From Blastocladiella emersonii ATCC 22665 (taxonomy: Eukaryota; Fungi; Blastocladiomycota), in contig JANHCV010000003.1 in assembly GCA_025594325.1 (NCBI GenBank), positions 124,001 through 188,000 on the forward strand: a stretch of DNA of 64,000 bases, written 5' to 3'. Made by a program: the position numbers and the translations under genes. Each line of letters starts with the position of its first letter. Position 1 is the first letter of the stretch. Under the pieces are notes generated by a model. That model worked only from the letters and a program-made list of their open reading frames with translations. It did no database searches and had not been told where the DNA came from. Shown piece by piece: positions 11,371-22,891 of the stretch.

Positions 11371-11817
11371 CCGCCCGCTTATGTAAGGCCGGCGGCGGCG
11401 GTGCAGCTGCGGGTGGCGCGGGCGGCGCGGCGGGCGGCGAGGGTGGTGCCGCGCCGGGTGCTGAGAAGGCCGAGCGAGTGCGCGAAGCCGCGCCGCCGTG
11501 TCGCGGTGAGCGGCGAGTTTGGCGGCGGAGCGTTCTGTGTGCTTACAGTCGCGAGGACCGGAGGTTTGAATTTATCACGACTGTTTTTCTGCATCGTGTG
11601 TGGTCGGTCCCGGGTCGTGCGGGAGCGTCGGGGTTGGGGGCGGCTCGGGGCGGACGCACAAGACAGTGCGAGACGCGTCGCGATATCACGTGATGCGCGT
11701 TTCGATCGGCGCGCCGCGCTGCGCGTGGGCCGCTTCGCCGCTTCGCCGCTTCGGCGAGGGACTCTGCGCTTCCCCGCTGCCCCGCTCGCTGCCGCCGGCC
11801 TCACATAAGCCGGCGGG
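11370..11817. repeat. 448-bp segment bounded by a 31-bp imperfect inverted repeat (MITE-like)
   Basis: 11370-11400 CCCGCCCGCTTATGTAAGGCCGGCGGCGGCG versus the reverse complement of 11787-11817 CCCGCCGGCTTATGTGAGGCCGGCGGCAGCG (28/31); no target-site duplication seen. Confidence 0.5.
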
Positions 11818-12848
11818 GCCCCTTGCACCGACTGCCGCTCCCTCAACACACGCCCGTCGCCCGCCGCCCGCTTCTAACACGTCTGCCGCCCTCGCCACGC
11901 CTCGGCCCGTTCCACGTCGCCGCCCTCTCCACACCGCGCCACACGTCGCCGAACGGCCCGCACGACGGCGCGCAGCTCGACACGCGCTCGTTCACCCGGC
12001 TCCACCTCGGTGCGCAGCCTCCCGACCTCGCAACCCGCTCGTCGCGGCGCCCGTCGCGCTGCGGATGCCCCCTCCGCCGTCGTCCCGCTCGCCGTCTCTC
12101 GCGCATTCGCACCCTGTCCAGTGAGTCTCACTCCGCTCTCTACACGCTCCCGCTGGCACTCCTCAGCTCACGCGCCCTGCACCAGCGCCAGCGCCGTTGT
12201 CGCTCCCGCTGCGGCCGCCGCCACGACCACGCCGAGCGGGTACGTCTGCCGCGTCTGCGAGTCGGGCTCCATCTCGCCTTCTCACTCCCGCACCGCCGCA
12301 CTCGCCGCCGCCGCCCCTTTAGTCGCACCTCGGCGTCGGTCGAGTCGATGACCAAGGCGCACAGCGACCAAGTCTACCGGTACGTTTCGCTCCTCGCGAC
12401 TCTACTCTCGCGACAAGGCAACATTTCAGCTCTCCCGCCGCCTTCGCCACTAGTGCAGTACTGACTGCATGATGCAAGCCAAAGTCTCTGTGAATGGTCT
12501 CGTAGACCCGCTGAACTAGCCAAAATGAAACATGAGACGCGATTCGTGAGACATCAGGTGACCATCGTGAGTGGCGTACATCGCGTAGCCCTCGCTCATC
12601 GATTTTGCGGACGCGTGCGACGATGCATTTAATGCATAGTTCTTCAAACTCGAGTGAACTGTGGCGGATAGACTTGAGCAGCGCTCGGACTTGCCGAGTG
12701 AGTAGTGAGTTACGTCGGGCCGTCAAGGAGAGCGACGTGATCCGCTGCAGAAATGGTGACAGCGGCCGGGCCGGACCAGGACGAGCAAGCGAGCGAGCGA
12801 GCGAGCGGGAATCGCTGTTGTTGTTGTGGAAACGACAAGTGGAGTCGA

Positions 12849-12872
12849 GACCGACCGACCGACCGACCGACC
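12849..12872. repeat. (GACC)6 microsatellite
   Basis: Direct reading of the sequence. Confidence 0.95.
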
Positions 12873-13084
12873 AGTGAGTGGCCAGCGTCGCGTTCGTTCA
12901 AGTGGTTCTCGGATACTTGGAGTAGTACCGAAACGTAGCGTCGGATCTGAGCGGGCGGCCCGCGCTGGGCCGTCGTGACCATCAATGATCGCAGCAGGTA
13001 CTAGGCCAAAGTAAGTTGAAATAGAATCGTGGAGCGCGAGTGGAGCGGGCTGGGCAGGGGGTCACCGGACTGAGTTTGGCAATG

Positions 13085-13132
13085 GTGGCCGGAGGGTTGT
13101 CAGAGCGTGGCCGGAGGGTTGTCAGAGCGTGG
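13085..13132. repeat. 22-bp tandem duplication (GTGGCCGGAGGGTTGTCAGAGC x2)
   Basis: Direct reading of the sequence. Confidence 0.95.
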
Positions 13133-14257
13133 GTTCGAATCTGCAGGGGTCGTGAGAAGGCGGGTTCGAGTTGAATTTCATCAATATGCCCAGCGGTCAA
13201 CTGACTCCGGTCATCTTGGCCTCCTCCCGCCCGTCGAGAAGCGCGCGCTCCACTCACTAACCCACTCCCCCAATTTGAGATTCGTATAAACTAACCCGTT
13301 CGTTTTCCCCTCCATTTCTCTTTTAAATGGTTCTGTTCTATCGGCACGGCGCGTCCGCGTCTGCGGGAGACGACGGGAGACGGAAGACGCGTCGCGAAAT
13401 CACGTGCGCGTGCGAGACGCGTCGCGCCACTTTCGGGGACACTCTTTTCGCCTCGCCGCACGTCGTCCAACACGTCGTCCAATGCGCCGATCGGGGTCTT
13501 GAGCCTTGCCCAGACACTACTCGGTACTTGACGGTCGTCGCCTACCGACCTATTCAACGGCAGCGAGAGCACAAGGGGAAGGTCGGTCGGCTTTGGGCGC
13601 GAGTCGCGAGTCGCGGCTCAACTAAGCATAGCTTGTTATCCGGTATCATCATGATCCAAATCGGCATCGGGATCAGGGCGTCACATCACGAGACGGGCGA
13701 ATCGGCGAGTCGCGGGAGACAGTCATTAATTGATCGGCGACGGGCGTGGCAGGTCCCGAGCGTGAGCGCCGACTGTCGCGAGGAAAGTGATCAAGCGAAA
13801 GCGGTCGTCGTTCGTTCTTGCCTCCCCGCTCTCACGCCGCCATGATCAATCAATTATCAAACTCCATGCAACGCTTGTCTCGAGAGTAACTTGCTGCAGC
13901 TATGTGGGCCGATTTGTCGTGGGCCGTCAAGTCGGTCGGACGACTGGGCTGGGCCGGACCACGATCCCCGCCACCGCCTCTGCCTCCGCCTCGGGCATCT
14001 AGTCGCCCGCCGACCACGGCATGCCATACGAGGATCTGCTGAGTGAGAGATGGATCGACACACGACGGAGCGGACGACCAACGCGCGACGAGCGGCAGAG
14101 CTGTACCGGTAACGGTACGTTGAGGCCGAGTCGCGGCGACTCGCCTCGAACGACCCCATGTTTATGCGGTGCGAGGAGCTGCGGCTAACACCTTGCTTGC
14201 TTGCTTGCTGGTTTCTCTCTCTCGCGCGCGCTCGCGATCCATGTACTACTGCTGCTC

Positions 14258-14570
14258 ATGTCGGCGGACCTAGACCGAGCCTGCAGCCAGCGGCCACTCG
14301 AGACGCGCGAGTCGGCCGATCTCGCTCGCCTTCACACAAAACACGGCGCCCATCTACCTCGAAAGGTACGTCGTAACGCGCGCGCGGCCTCAACGCAGGA
14401 GATGTCAGGAGATTTGCCGCACCCGCGCCGCTTGCTCACGCAACGATCATCGCCCCACGCCTAGGCGGCCGTACTCGACCGACAGCAGCACGCAGCGGTT
14501 GACGGATTGTTCAAGGAGGTCCGCCAGCGGGATCTCTCGGCAATGCAGAACGACGACGACCTGCAGCGTG
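14258..14570 (+). CDS. Possible first two exons of a hypothetical gene
   Basis: ATG 14258; GTACGT..TAG intron 14366-14464 keeps frame (..HLPRK-AAVLDRQQHAAVDGLFKEV..DLQR); another donor GTGCGT at 14571; downstream exons not resolved. Confidence 0.3.
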
Positions 14571-15198
14571 GTGCGTTTACGTCTCCGCCATCGGCCCGCT
14601 CCCCGCAAACAAACGGGATGGCCTGCACACGGCCACCCCTGACACCGCACGCGGCGCCCATCGCCGCCTCCTCCCCGCGCCGCTCGCCCGCCCGCCCGGC
14701 CTCCGCTCCCGCCGCCTTCAAACGCCCGCCCCGCCTGCCCTCGCTCTTCCCCTACCGACCACCAGCTGGCCGAACGTATCGAAGGAGCACTCCAAGCACT
14801 CGTATTCCCACGCCCACGCCCGCGTGTCCGCGAACGCATGTCCGCTCGTCTCCTCCGCAACCTGCTGCTTCCACGGGGCTTCGCCGCTCCCGCCACCACG
14901 CCGGTGCAGCACGTCAGCGCCGCGCTCACCCTCGCGACGCGTCCCATCCGCCGTCCTGTTCTCATCCCCGCCTCCCACGCCTCGTCGATGTCCCGTTTCT
15001 TGACCATGCACCGTGTCTGGTTGCCCGCTTCGTTCCCACACGGGCACGCGCCATCCCTGCTCCGCCGACTCTCCGCGATCTCCTCAGCATGTACACGTCC
15101 GAGTCCGAGCAGCGCATCATCGCCGCGCGTGCGCGTTTGCCTGCGTGACGCGTCGCCGCTGCCGCTCGATACCCCGACCTTCGTGCGCGTCCACAACC

Positions 15199-15627
15199 AT
15201 GACTAACGCCATCGTCCCTGTTCGTTCGCAGCCACCATGCTCCCCTTTGCCCCCTCCCCCGCCGCCGCCGCCGCGTTCGACCGCCGACCGTGCTCCTGGT
15301 CTGGCCGATGCGGTGACGACCGAGGAGCTCAACGCCGCCATTCGTGAGGACGGGCTCGAGTTCGGGATCGACAGCATGGCCTCGCTCAACGACGCTCCGC
15401 GCGAGGTCCTCATCCGCATCCTCCGCGCCAGCATGGAGCGCATTGTGCGGGCGCGACGTGCCCAAGCGGCCCTGGACGCGCGCATCGAGCAGCTCACCGC
15501 CGAGCTCGACAACATCCACGAGCACCACACGATGACGATTGCCGCCGCTCGAGCTCCGTTGACCACGTACGTCGTCATCATCGTGTCGTGTTTGTGCATC
15601 CTCCCGCTACGATTGAAGACTGATTGA
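15199..15627 (+). CDS. Hypothetical protein with Pro-rich start and coiled-coil
   Basis: MTNAIVPV..EELNAAIREDGLEFG..ARRAQAALDARIEQLTAELDNIHEH; may be a terminal exon of a longer gene. Confidence 0.45.
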   Translation: MTNAIVPVRSQPPCSPLPPPPPPPPRSTADRAPGLADAVTTEELNAAIREDGLEFGIDSMASLNDAPREVLIRILRASMERIVRARRAQAALDARIEQLTAELDNIHEHHTMTIAAARAPLTTYVVIIVSCLCILPLRLKTD

Positions 15628-16783
15628 CTCGCGCGGGTCCGTGTAGCGACTCGGCCTCACCGACTGCCCCGTCGCTCCTGACTGACGACACGGCGGTCGA
15701 GCCGTCCACAAATGCGTACGTTGCCACCGTGTCTCCCGCGCCGGATCGATGGTCGGACACTGAGCAATCCGCGCGAATTCTCGTAGCGCGTCGGCCGTGT
15801 CGGCTCACGGGTCCGCGCCCGAGCAGCCGTAAGGTGGGTCGTGTTTGACGCCAACGCCGGTTTCGGCGAGATTCGTGTAATACCTCCCCCTCGCCTCTCG
15901 AGGATGGGACGTTCTTCTTCACCCGCAGTCTAAACGGCGCACGAGAATGACTGAGCCGCCATGTAAGGTTCTTGAGTACGGCGGCGAGGCCGTCGCAAGG
16001 GGCTCAAGCGAGTCGCTCTACCTCGAGGCCGGCGCCCAGAAGCTCGCGGATCAGCGAGTTGAGGGCGTAAGTGTGCGACACGGAGTCTTTGAGAGAAACC
16101 CAGGGCCTCACGCATCGCCGTGAACACGGCTGAGTGTGTGCGGTGCGTAGCACTGACGCAAATGAAGACGAGCTTCGCGAGCAGGACCGACTTGGTGCTG
16201 CCGCCGTTGAGCTGTCGCACGCGGAGAGATTCCCATCACCGACGAAGGAAGCGATGCCAAGATCGCATCGAGCGCGCCAGAGGATAGCCGGCAGAATGGC
16301 CATGACGGCCATAAACCAGCAACGGAGACGTTCTGGGCGCCGCGTCGTTACCACTCGAATCCGATCACAGGGTGGGCCACAGCGCTCGCGCAAGCAGCAC
16401 GCTTGATCGAGTTTTGAGCATAAAGCCCGGACATTGAAATTCCGTGGAGACGGCGTGCCGCTGGCTACGCAGGAGCTGAAAAGGACTCGGAGTGCCTCGC
16501 GAAGGCTGGTGACTGTCGGGCATATAGCAAGGACCATGATCGGGACTCAACGCATGGAGTAACATGGGACAACTGTGATACATTGCAGAGCAAGCAAAAG
16601 TAGCGAACAGGAGAAGTGGAGCGACGAAACGACAACGCCACCGAGTCAATGCTCGAACATCAATCAGCTGATCGTTCACATGATTTCCAAGCGCGTCTCG
16701 CACATTGTCCCGCACCGCACACCCTGGGGTTCTAGCGCGTTCGGCGCAAAGCAATGACAGGTATATAACAACTACAATCCTCC

Positions 16784-18127
16784 CTAAGTAACGGTGCCGC
16801 GGCGGCTGCTCGCTGTCGAGTCCTCGCCGCCCTTGCGCAGGGACGTCTTGAGCAGCTCGTTCTTGAAGTAAGCGTAGGCGTTGACCCACCCGGCGCAGTT
16901 GGTCGAGGTCGCGACGACAAAGCAGGTGAACGGCTCGACGACGCCGAGGAAGCAGAACACGGTGGCCGCGAACGAGCCGACGGCGAGCGGGACGTAGATG
17001 AACGATGCCGTGCGGACGAGGTTGCGGAGACACTGCGTGGCCACGGCCGACCGCGACGCGGCCGAGTTGTTGGCCGCCGAGGCACCCGCGTTGGTCGACG
17101 TGGTCGAGGTCGTGCTGCTCGTACCGCTTGTCGCGCCGCTACCCGAGGACGTGCCGCCGTTACCGCTCGCCGACCCAGCGCTGTCCTGCTGTTGCGGCTT
17201 CGCAGGTTTCGCGGGCGTTACCGAGGCCTTGCGCAGCATCGAGAGCGAGGCCATCTTGAGCTGCGAGACCGTGGACGAGGTGCGCTCGATGGTGCCCTCG
17301 GTGTACACGGTGGACTGGAGCACGCTGCGCGTAGTGTGGAAACTCGAGCTGCCCGTTACGGACTTGGCCGACGCAGTCCCGACAGCCGACGAGGACGCGC
17401 GCTCGGCCTCGGTCAGCTTGTTCTCGATGGCGCGGTGGCCGAGCGTCGTGCAGAGGGCGTTCGACGCCGCGACCATGAACGCCATCGGTGCCAGCAGCAG
17501 ACCCATGAGCGACTCGCTGTTTCCCAGGCACCAGTACGCAAAAAGTCCGAAGCCGTCGAGGACGTAGATGACGATGGTAAGAAAGGCGATGGACCCGAAC
17601 GCGCCGAAGTGCAGCATCCAGTCGCCCTTGCCGAACTTGATCGCCTTGTTGCGGACAATCTTGAGGTACGAGTAGGCCGATAGCGCGAGATGGAGGAGGT
17701 TGGTGTATCCATACCAGAGGAACAAGTTGGTACCAAGCCCAGCGGCCACAGACTTGGACGGAAACACACCGTGGATGAGCAGGAGGGCGTGGTCGATGAG
17801 ATGAGACGTGTGCCAGATGACGTCTGCGGCCGCGAGGTAGATGGCGAAGCGCGCCGAGAGGTCGCGGCGGCGCGTGCGGCCGGTGGCCGCGTTGTAGGCC
17901 TGGAAGAGGCCGCCGGTCCGCTTGGCCAGGAAGTCCGGCAGGGGCAAGCTCGATGCGTGTGCGAGCACGGCGATGCAGCCGATAATGGACGTGAGCCCGT
18001 TCACGACAGCCGAGCCGTGGACAAGGATAAACATGGGCAAGTTGTTGAGGACCGCCGACGCGCCCGGTTCGGCGGCCTTGAGTGGAATCAACCACGAGTA
18101 CGATGGTGGTGGCGAAGTCGATGACAT
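16784..18127 (-). CDS. 7-TM GPCR-like receptor A (cAMP-receptor/Git3-like), intronless
   Basis: Seven hydrophobic segments; RFAIYLAAAD (TM2), LALSAYSYLKI (TM3), FAYWC (ECL2), long Ser/Thr-rich ICL3, NCAGWVNAYAYFKNE (TM7). Confidence 0.8.
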   Translation of the reverse strand: MSSTSPPPSYSWLIPLKAAEPGASAVLNNLPMFILVHGSAVVNGLTSIIGCIAVLAHASSLPLPDFLAKRTGGLFQAYNAATGRTRRRDLSARFAIYLAAADVIWHTSHLIDHALLLIHGVFPSKSVAAGLGTNLFLWYGYTNLLHLALSAYSYLKIVRNKAIKFGKGDWMLHFGAFGSIAFLTIVIYVLDGFGLFAYWCLGNSESLMGLLLAPMAFMVAASNALCTTLGHRAIENKLTEAERASSSAVGTASAKSVTGSSSFHTTRSVLQSTVYTEGTIERTSSTVSQLKMASLSMLRKASVTPAKPAKPQQQDSAGSASGNGGTSSGSGATSGTSSTTSTTSTNAGASAANNSAASRSAVATQCLRNLVRTASFIYVPLAVGSFAATVFCFLGVVEPFTCFVVATSTNCAGWVNAYAYFKNELLKTSLRKGGEDSTASSRRGTVT

Positions 18128-18359
18128 GTGGTGCGTAATCAATCAGCTACGTTGTTCCGTGAAATCGGGGACAGAGAGGAATACAGGCGAGGGAGGGCAT
18201 GGTACATGAGCGCAGTCACGATTAGAGGGCTGGGCGACACCTCGCGCGAATACTTGACCGATCGCGGGAAAACGCGTGGCGGCTTGGATCGCTGTTCTTG
18301 CTGACCGACTGAGCAATTTACGTGCGTTGTTGCTAACCAGAGCTAAGCCACCCGTTAGT

Positions 18360-18374
18360 TGCGAGACATCACGT
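18360..18374 (-). promoter_or_regulatory. Upstream element ACGTGATGTCTCGCA shared with receptors C and D
   Basis: Exact 15/15 match to 37886-37900 and 11-nt core match to 35991-36001; lies about 235 bp upstream of the receptor A ATG on its sense strand. Confidence 0.6.
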
Positions 18375-18502
18375 TCTTTGAGGACCGCGTAAGACGTCTC
18401 CCATGTCCGCGCCAAGCACTAACTAAACCGCTGACCGCGCCACTGAAAACCCACCACTCGTTTCCACTCTGTCGCCCGTACAAAAGGCGATCACAATCTA
18501 TT

Positions 18503-19876
18503 TTATTGAGCGCTCGCACTCGCTTTCGCGCGCCGACTCGAGTCCTCGGACGCCGACATCGAGCCAGTCGCGCTGCTCTTGGGCGCCGGGGTCTTGCGCA
18601 GGGTCAGCTTGAGGCGCTCGTTGACAAAGTACGCGTACGCGTTGGCCCAGCCCGCGCAGTTGGTCATGGTTGCGACGACGAGGCAGGAGATGGGCTCGAC
18701 CACGCCGAGGAAGCACTCGATCGTGACCGCGAACGCGCCAACGGCCAGGGGAATGTAGGTCAGCGAGGCCGTGCGCACGAGAACATTGAGGCACTGCGTG
18801 GCCACGTTGGACCGCTGCGACTTGCTGCTGCCACCACCGCCGCCCGACGTGGCCGTACCGGTACCAGTGCCCGTGCCAGACTCGGAAAACGAGGTTGAGG
18901 TGGTACCGGACGCGGGGCCAGATGTCAATGACGTCGTGCCGACGCTGTCGGCCGCGTCCTTGGTGGCCTTGGCCTCGAGCATGGCCGCGGGCGCCGTCTT
19001 GATCGGCCGCCGTGGCATGAGCGGCGACGCGCCCGGCGTGCTCCGCTGCGACGCGGAATCGCTGTCGTCGCGGAAGCTCGCCGACTGGACGATCCCGCGG
19101 TGCGACGGCGTCGGCGAAGCCGCGGGCTTGCTCCTTGACCCGCCCGTCGCGTGCGCCGTCTCGTCAATCTTGGCCTGGATCGCGCGATGGCCGAGCGTCG
19201 TGCAGAGCGCGTTGGACGACGCGGTCATGAAGGCCATCGGGGCCGTCATGAGCCCGGCGATGGTGCCGCTATTGCCGAGACACCAGTACGCAAAGAGTCC
19301 GAAGCCGTCAAAGATGAGCAAGATGCCAGTGAGGAAGATGACGGTCCCGAACGCGGCGGCGTGCAGTCGCCAGTCGTGCCGGCCGAACCGGATGTTGATG
19401 TTCCGGCAGATCTTGAGGTACGAGTAGGCCGAGAGCGCGAGATGGAGAACCTGGGCGTATCCGAACCAGAAGATGAGGTTCGCGCCGAGCCCGACGGCGA
19501 TATGCATCGGCGGATACGTCTGCCGAACGAGCAGCAAAGTGTGGTCGATGATGTGTGACGTGTGCCAGATCAGGTCGGCGCACGCGAGGTAGACGGCGAA
19601 CCGCGCTGAAAAGTCGCGCCGACGCGCCCGGTTCCCGTCGGCCGCCTGGAACAGCCCGCCCGACCGACGCGCAAGAAAGGCCGGTAGCGGTACGCTCGAG
19701 GCATGGACGAGCACGGCGATACAGCCGACGATGGACGCGAACCCGTTGAGGACTGCCGAGAGATGGATCGCGTAGAACATGGGCACATTTCCCAGCATGG
19801 CCGATGCGCCCGGCTCGGCGGCCAGAAGCGAGATTAGCCATGTCGATGTTGACGGGGGTGCTTGGTCAGCGCCCAT
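18503..19876 (-). CDS. 7-TM GPCR-like receptor B, intronless tandem paralog of A
   Basis: Same motifs: RFAVYLACAD, LALSAYSYLKI, FGLFAYWCLGN, NCAGWANAYAYFVNE. Confidence 0.8.
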   Translation of the reverse strand: MGADQAPPSTSTWLISLLAAEPGASAMLGNVPMFYAIHLSAVLNGFASIVGCIAVLVHASSVPLPAFLARRSGGLFQAADGNRARRRDFSARFAVYLACADLIWHTSHIIDHTLLLVRQTYPPMHIAVGLGANLIFWFGYAQVLHLALSAYSYLKICRNINIRFGRHDWRLHAAAFGTVIFLTGILLIFDGFGLFAYWCLGNSGTIAGLMTAPMAFMTASSNALCTTLGHRAIQAKIDETAHATGGSRSKPAASPTPSHRGIVQSASFRDDSDSASQRSTPGASPLMPRRPIKTAPAAMLEAKATKDAADSVGTTSLTSGPASGTTSTSFSESGTGTGTGTATSGGGGGSSKSQRSNVATQCLNVLVRTASLTYIPLAVGAFAVTIECFLGVVEPISCLVVATMTNCAGWANAYAYFVNERLKLTLRKTPAPKSSATGSMSASEDSSRRAKASASAQ

Positions 19877-20629
19877 GGTTATTGCATGTAGCTAGTTCAT
19901 GGATCGGCGGTACTCGACAGTAGGGAGCGCAAGGCACGGTCCAGATCGCGCCCTCGTTACCTCACCTCCTTGTTGCATGCCATTGGAAACGGCTGAGCCA
20001 CGATTACCTGTGCGATCTGTAGAGCAAAGCACACGCCATTGAGGCGAAAGCTGGGTGAGAGACGAAACGCGTCGAGCAACGTCTCCCGCGTCAGCTTGTG
20101 CGCGTCGTGTCCGCATTCGCGCTGTCCCCGCGACTCTTCCCGGCGGGCGAGCGCGGCGCGAAATGGCCGCTCGCGATGTGGGAGGCGGCAGGCCATGTCA
20201 AGGAATCAAGTTTGGATCTGTGTGCGCACTAAGGTATGGGTTTTGACGATCGTGATCACCGTGGCCGTGGCCACAGCCGCAGCCCATGGCCACGGTCGCG
20301 GCCATAGCCACCGTCCCGCCTCGACTGCCGATCGTGAAGGACTCTCAACGTTCTCTCGCAATCAAAATTGGGCAGTGTACCCCAAAAGTTCGCTGTCCAG
20401 CTGGCGTTGTCTGATCGGTTTCGTCGGCACTGCTCGTCATGGTTCAAGTCGCGCAGAACAACGAGGGAGAATTCAGGCCTGAGCTCGTTCCGCCGTCACC
20501 CTCGAGTGAGGGAAATTTCGGGACCTACCGATGCAAATCTGGATTTTCGTGCATGAGGCGTGGGAGCACTGGCCGCAAAGAAGTCTCTATGAAAACTGCA
20601 GGCAATGATCTCGGCGACTGCGTTCACGA

Positions 20630-22794
20630 TCACGACCACGTCTCCTCCTGGAACCGGCGCGCCTTCTTCATCGCGTCAATATACGCGACGGCCTGGTCGC
20701 GCGTGAGCTTGGCGCCCGTCTGCACAATCGTGGTGAGGGCGTCGGTCACGTCGCGCGGCATCTGGTTCGAGCTCCTACAGCGGCGCGCGACTGTCAGTTT
20801 CGCTCAATCCATGCCAACATGAGTGAGCAGCGCAACGTACCCGGACAGGTACACGACGGCGCCGCGGTGGAACACGAGGTCGAACAGATCGCCGCTGTTC
20901 TGGAGCATGACGTGCTGGACATAGACCTTGGCGGGCTGGTGGCGCGAGTACGCCGTGAAGACGTGGAGCTGGCCAGCCTCGCGCATCGCGTCCCACTTGG
21001 CGCGGTACAGGTCGTCGGCGCGCTTGGACCGGCACCCGAAGAAGAGGTAGTTCTCGGCCGCGCCCTGCGCGACGCGCGCCTCGAGGAGCGAGACCATGGG
21101 CGCGACGCCGGTGCCGGGCCCAATGCACACGATCGGGACGGCGGGGGATGGCGGAAGGAGGAACGTCCCGCGGGTGATTTTCGTCGGGACCACGGCGTCA
21201 GCGGGGAGCGCGCGGAGCCACCGGCTGCACACGCCCTCGCGCGGCGCGGCGAGGAGCTTGGTCTTGAACTTGACGAGGGCGACGCACAGGGCGACGCGGC
21301 CGGGAGTCCAGCTGGCGATCGAGTACTGGCGCGCGGCCATGGCGGGGAACAGCTCGAAGCAGTAGTCGGCGGGGACGCCGGACAGCGAGAAGAAGTCGCG
21401 GATCACCTCGACCGTGTGGCGGCGCGGCCGGTGGCAGTAGTTCAGCAGTTCCTCCTGCCCCGCGGCCGAGTCGAACTCGACGAGCTTCTCGCGCTGCTGC
21501 TCGTCGGACGCAAAGTGCGACAGCACGCGGAAAAAGTAGCGCCGCGGGAGCGACCACGGGGACAGGTGCTTGGTCAGGATCGTGCGCAGCGTGGTCGGGG
21601 TCTGCAGGTGCGAGGGGACCGGATAGTCTTCAATGCGGATGTGAGCTTTCATTCCAGATGCGTCGCTGCGATGGAGCCGTACCTGGATCGTTGCTCTCAA
21701 TCACGACCAAATCGTCGGCCTGCGCGTCCCACCCCATGAGCTCGAGCAGGTCCTGGACGCGCGCGGGATCGTTTTCCGGGAGAATCGACGCGATATCGCC
21801 CGGCGCGTACTCGGTCGTCGGGTCCGGGAGCGCGATCTCGACGTGGCGCACGTCCTGGAAGTGGTCGTCGGCCGTCAACCGCGTGTTCTCGGTGAGCTTC
21901 GCGGTCGCGTAGCCGGTGGGCAGCGGTGCGATGGCAGGCACGATGACGTTCTCGTCCATGACGGGCGCGAGGCGGAACTTGGGCGGCAGCAGCACGTCCT
22001 CGGGGATCTCGACCTTGCTCGCGGGCAGCGGGTGCCGCTGCGTGAGCACCTGCCACAGGCCGTTGAGCCACGGGTCGAGGGTGCCGTCGATGCTAAGTCA
22101 CGGGCGAATGTCAGTATCGGCGAGCCCAAGGCGTAACGCAGGGCGTACCCGAGGTAGTGCTGGTCGTCGCCCTCGCCCTTGGGGTAGAACGAGCGCGCGC
22201 CGAGCTGCTGCAGGCGCTTGTACAGCTTCTTGCCCGGGTGGTTGAACCTACGCTCGCTGGATCAGATAACGCTCGTTCACGCGCGGGAGTGCAATGGACG
22301 TACTTTTCGTAGGACGAGTCGCCGAGCGCAAACACGGTGTGCTCGAGCGACGACAGGATGTCGGCGGGGAGCGACTTGCGGAGGAGGAACCGCCAAAAGC
22401 TCTACGCGATGGCCGGACGTGAGCATCGCGACGCCAACGCCCTCGTCGGTCGGCGAGAGCACGGACCTTCATGTTGTCGGGCTCCTCGCCCTGGCCCATG
22501 GTCGAGCACACGAAGATGGCGAGGCCGCCGTGGACGAGCTGGGACTACGATGCGAGTACACACTCCGTCAGCACCCCACCCTCTCATCACTCCCGCGATA
22601 GAGCCAGGGTACCGCACCCGGTCGTAGTCGTCCATGGCGGCGAGATGGACGCCAAAGTGGCGGCGCTTGGCCTCGCGCGCGATCCGCTCGGCCACGTCCT
22701 GCGCGGTGCCGGTCTGCGACCCGTAGAGGACCGTGATGCGCGGCCTCTCTCCTCCGATCGAGTGATTCATGGTAGTCGTCGTCGTCGAGTTCAT
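20630..22794 (-). CDS. TAH18: NADPH-dependent diflavin oxidoreductase 1 (multi-exon)
   Basis: Flavodoxin motif VLYGSQTGTAQDVAERI, STMGQGEEPDNM, FALGDSSYEKF, ARQYSIAS, IGPGTGVAP, FFGCR, C-terminal RFQEETWS. Confidence 0.93.
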
Positions 22795-22891
22795 GTTGGG
22801 GAGAGGGAGAGAGAGGCAGGCTTGGCCGCACTCTGGGCCGCGCTCTTCTTCCAGCGTGCAATCCTGCGACCGCCGACCGCCGCCGCCGACC

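Noticed and set aside
13085-13170. tRNA-like A-box (TGGCCGGAGGG) and B-box (GGTTCGAATC) signals
   Set aside because: The T-stem does not pair (GTGGG/CTGCA) and there is no acceptor or anticodon stem; at best a degenerate relic.
16004-16537. 177-aa minus-strand ORF downstream of receptor A
   Set aside because: Atypical composition and lower GC3, no motifs, no support from splice structure.
20194-20482. Short ORF with a hydrophobic stretch and His/Gly run (possible secreted peptide)
   Set aside because: Codon usage unlike real genes here and no homology cue; probably intergenic.
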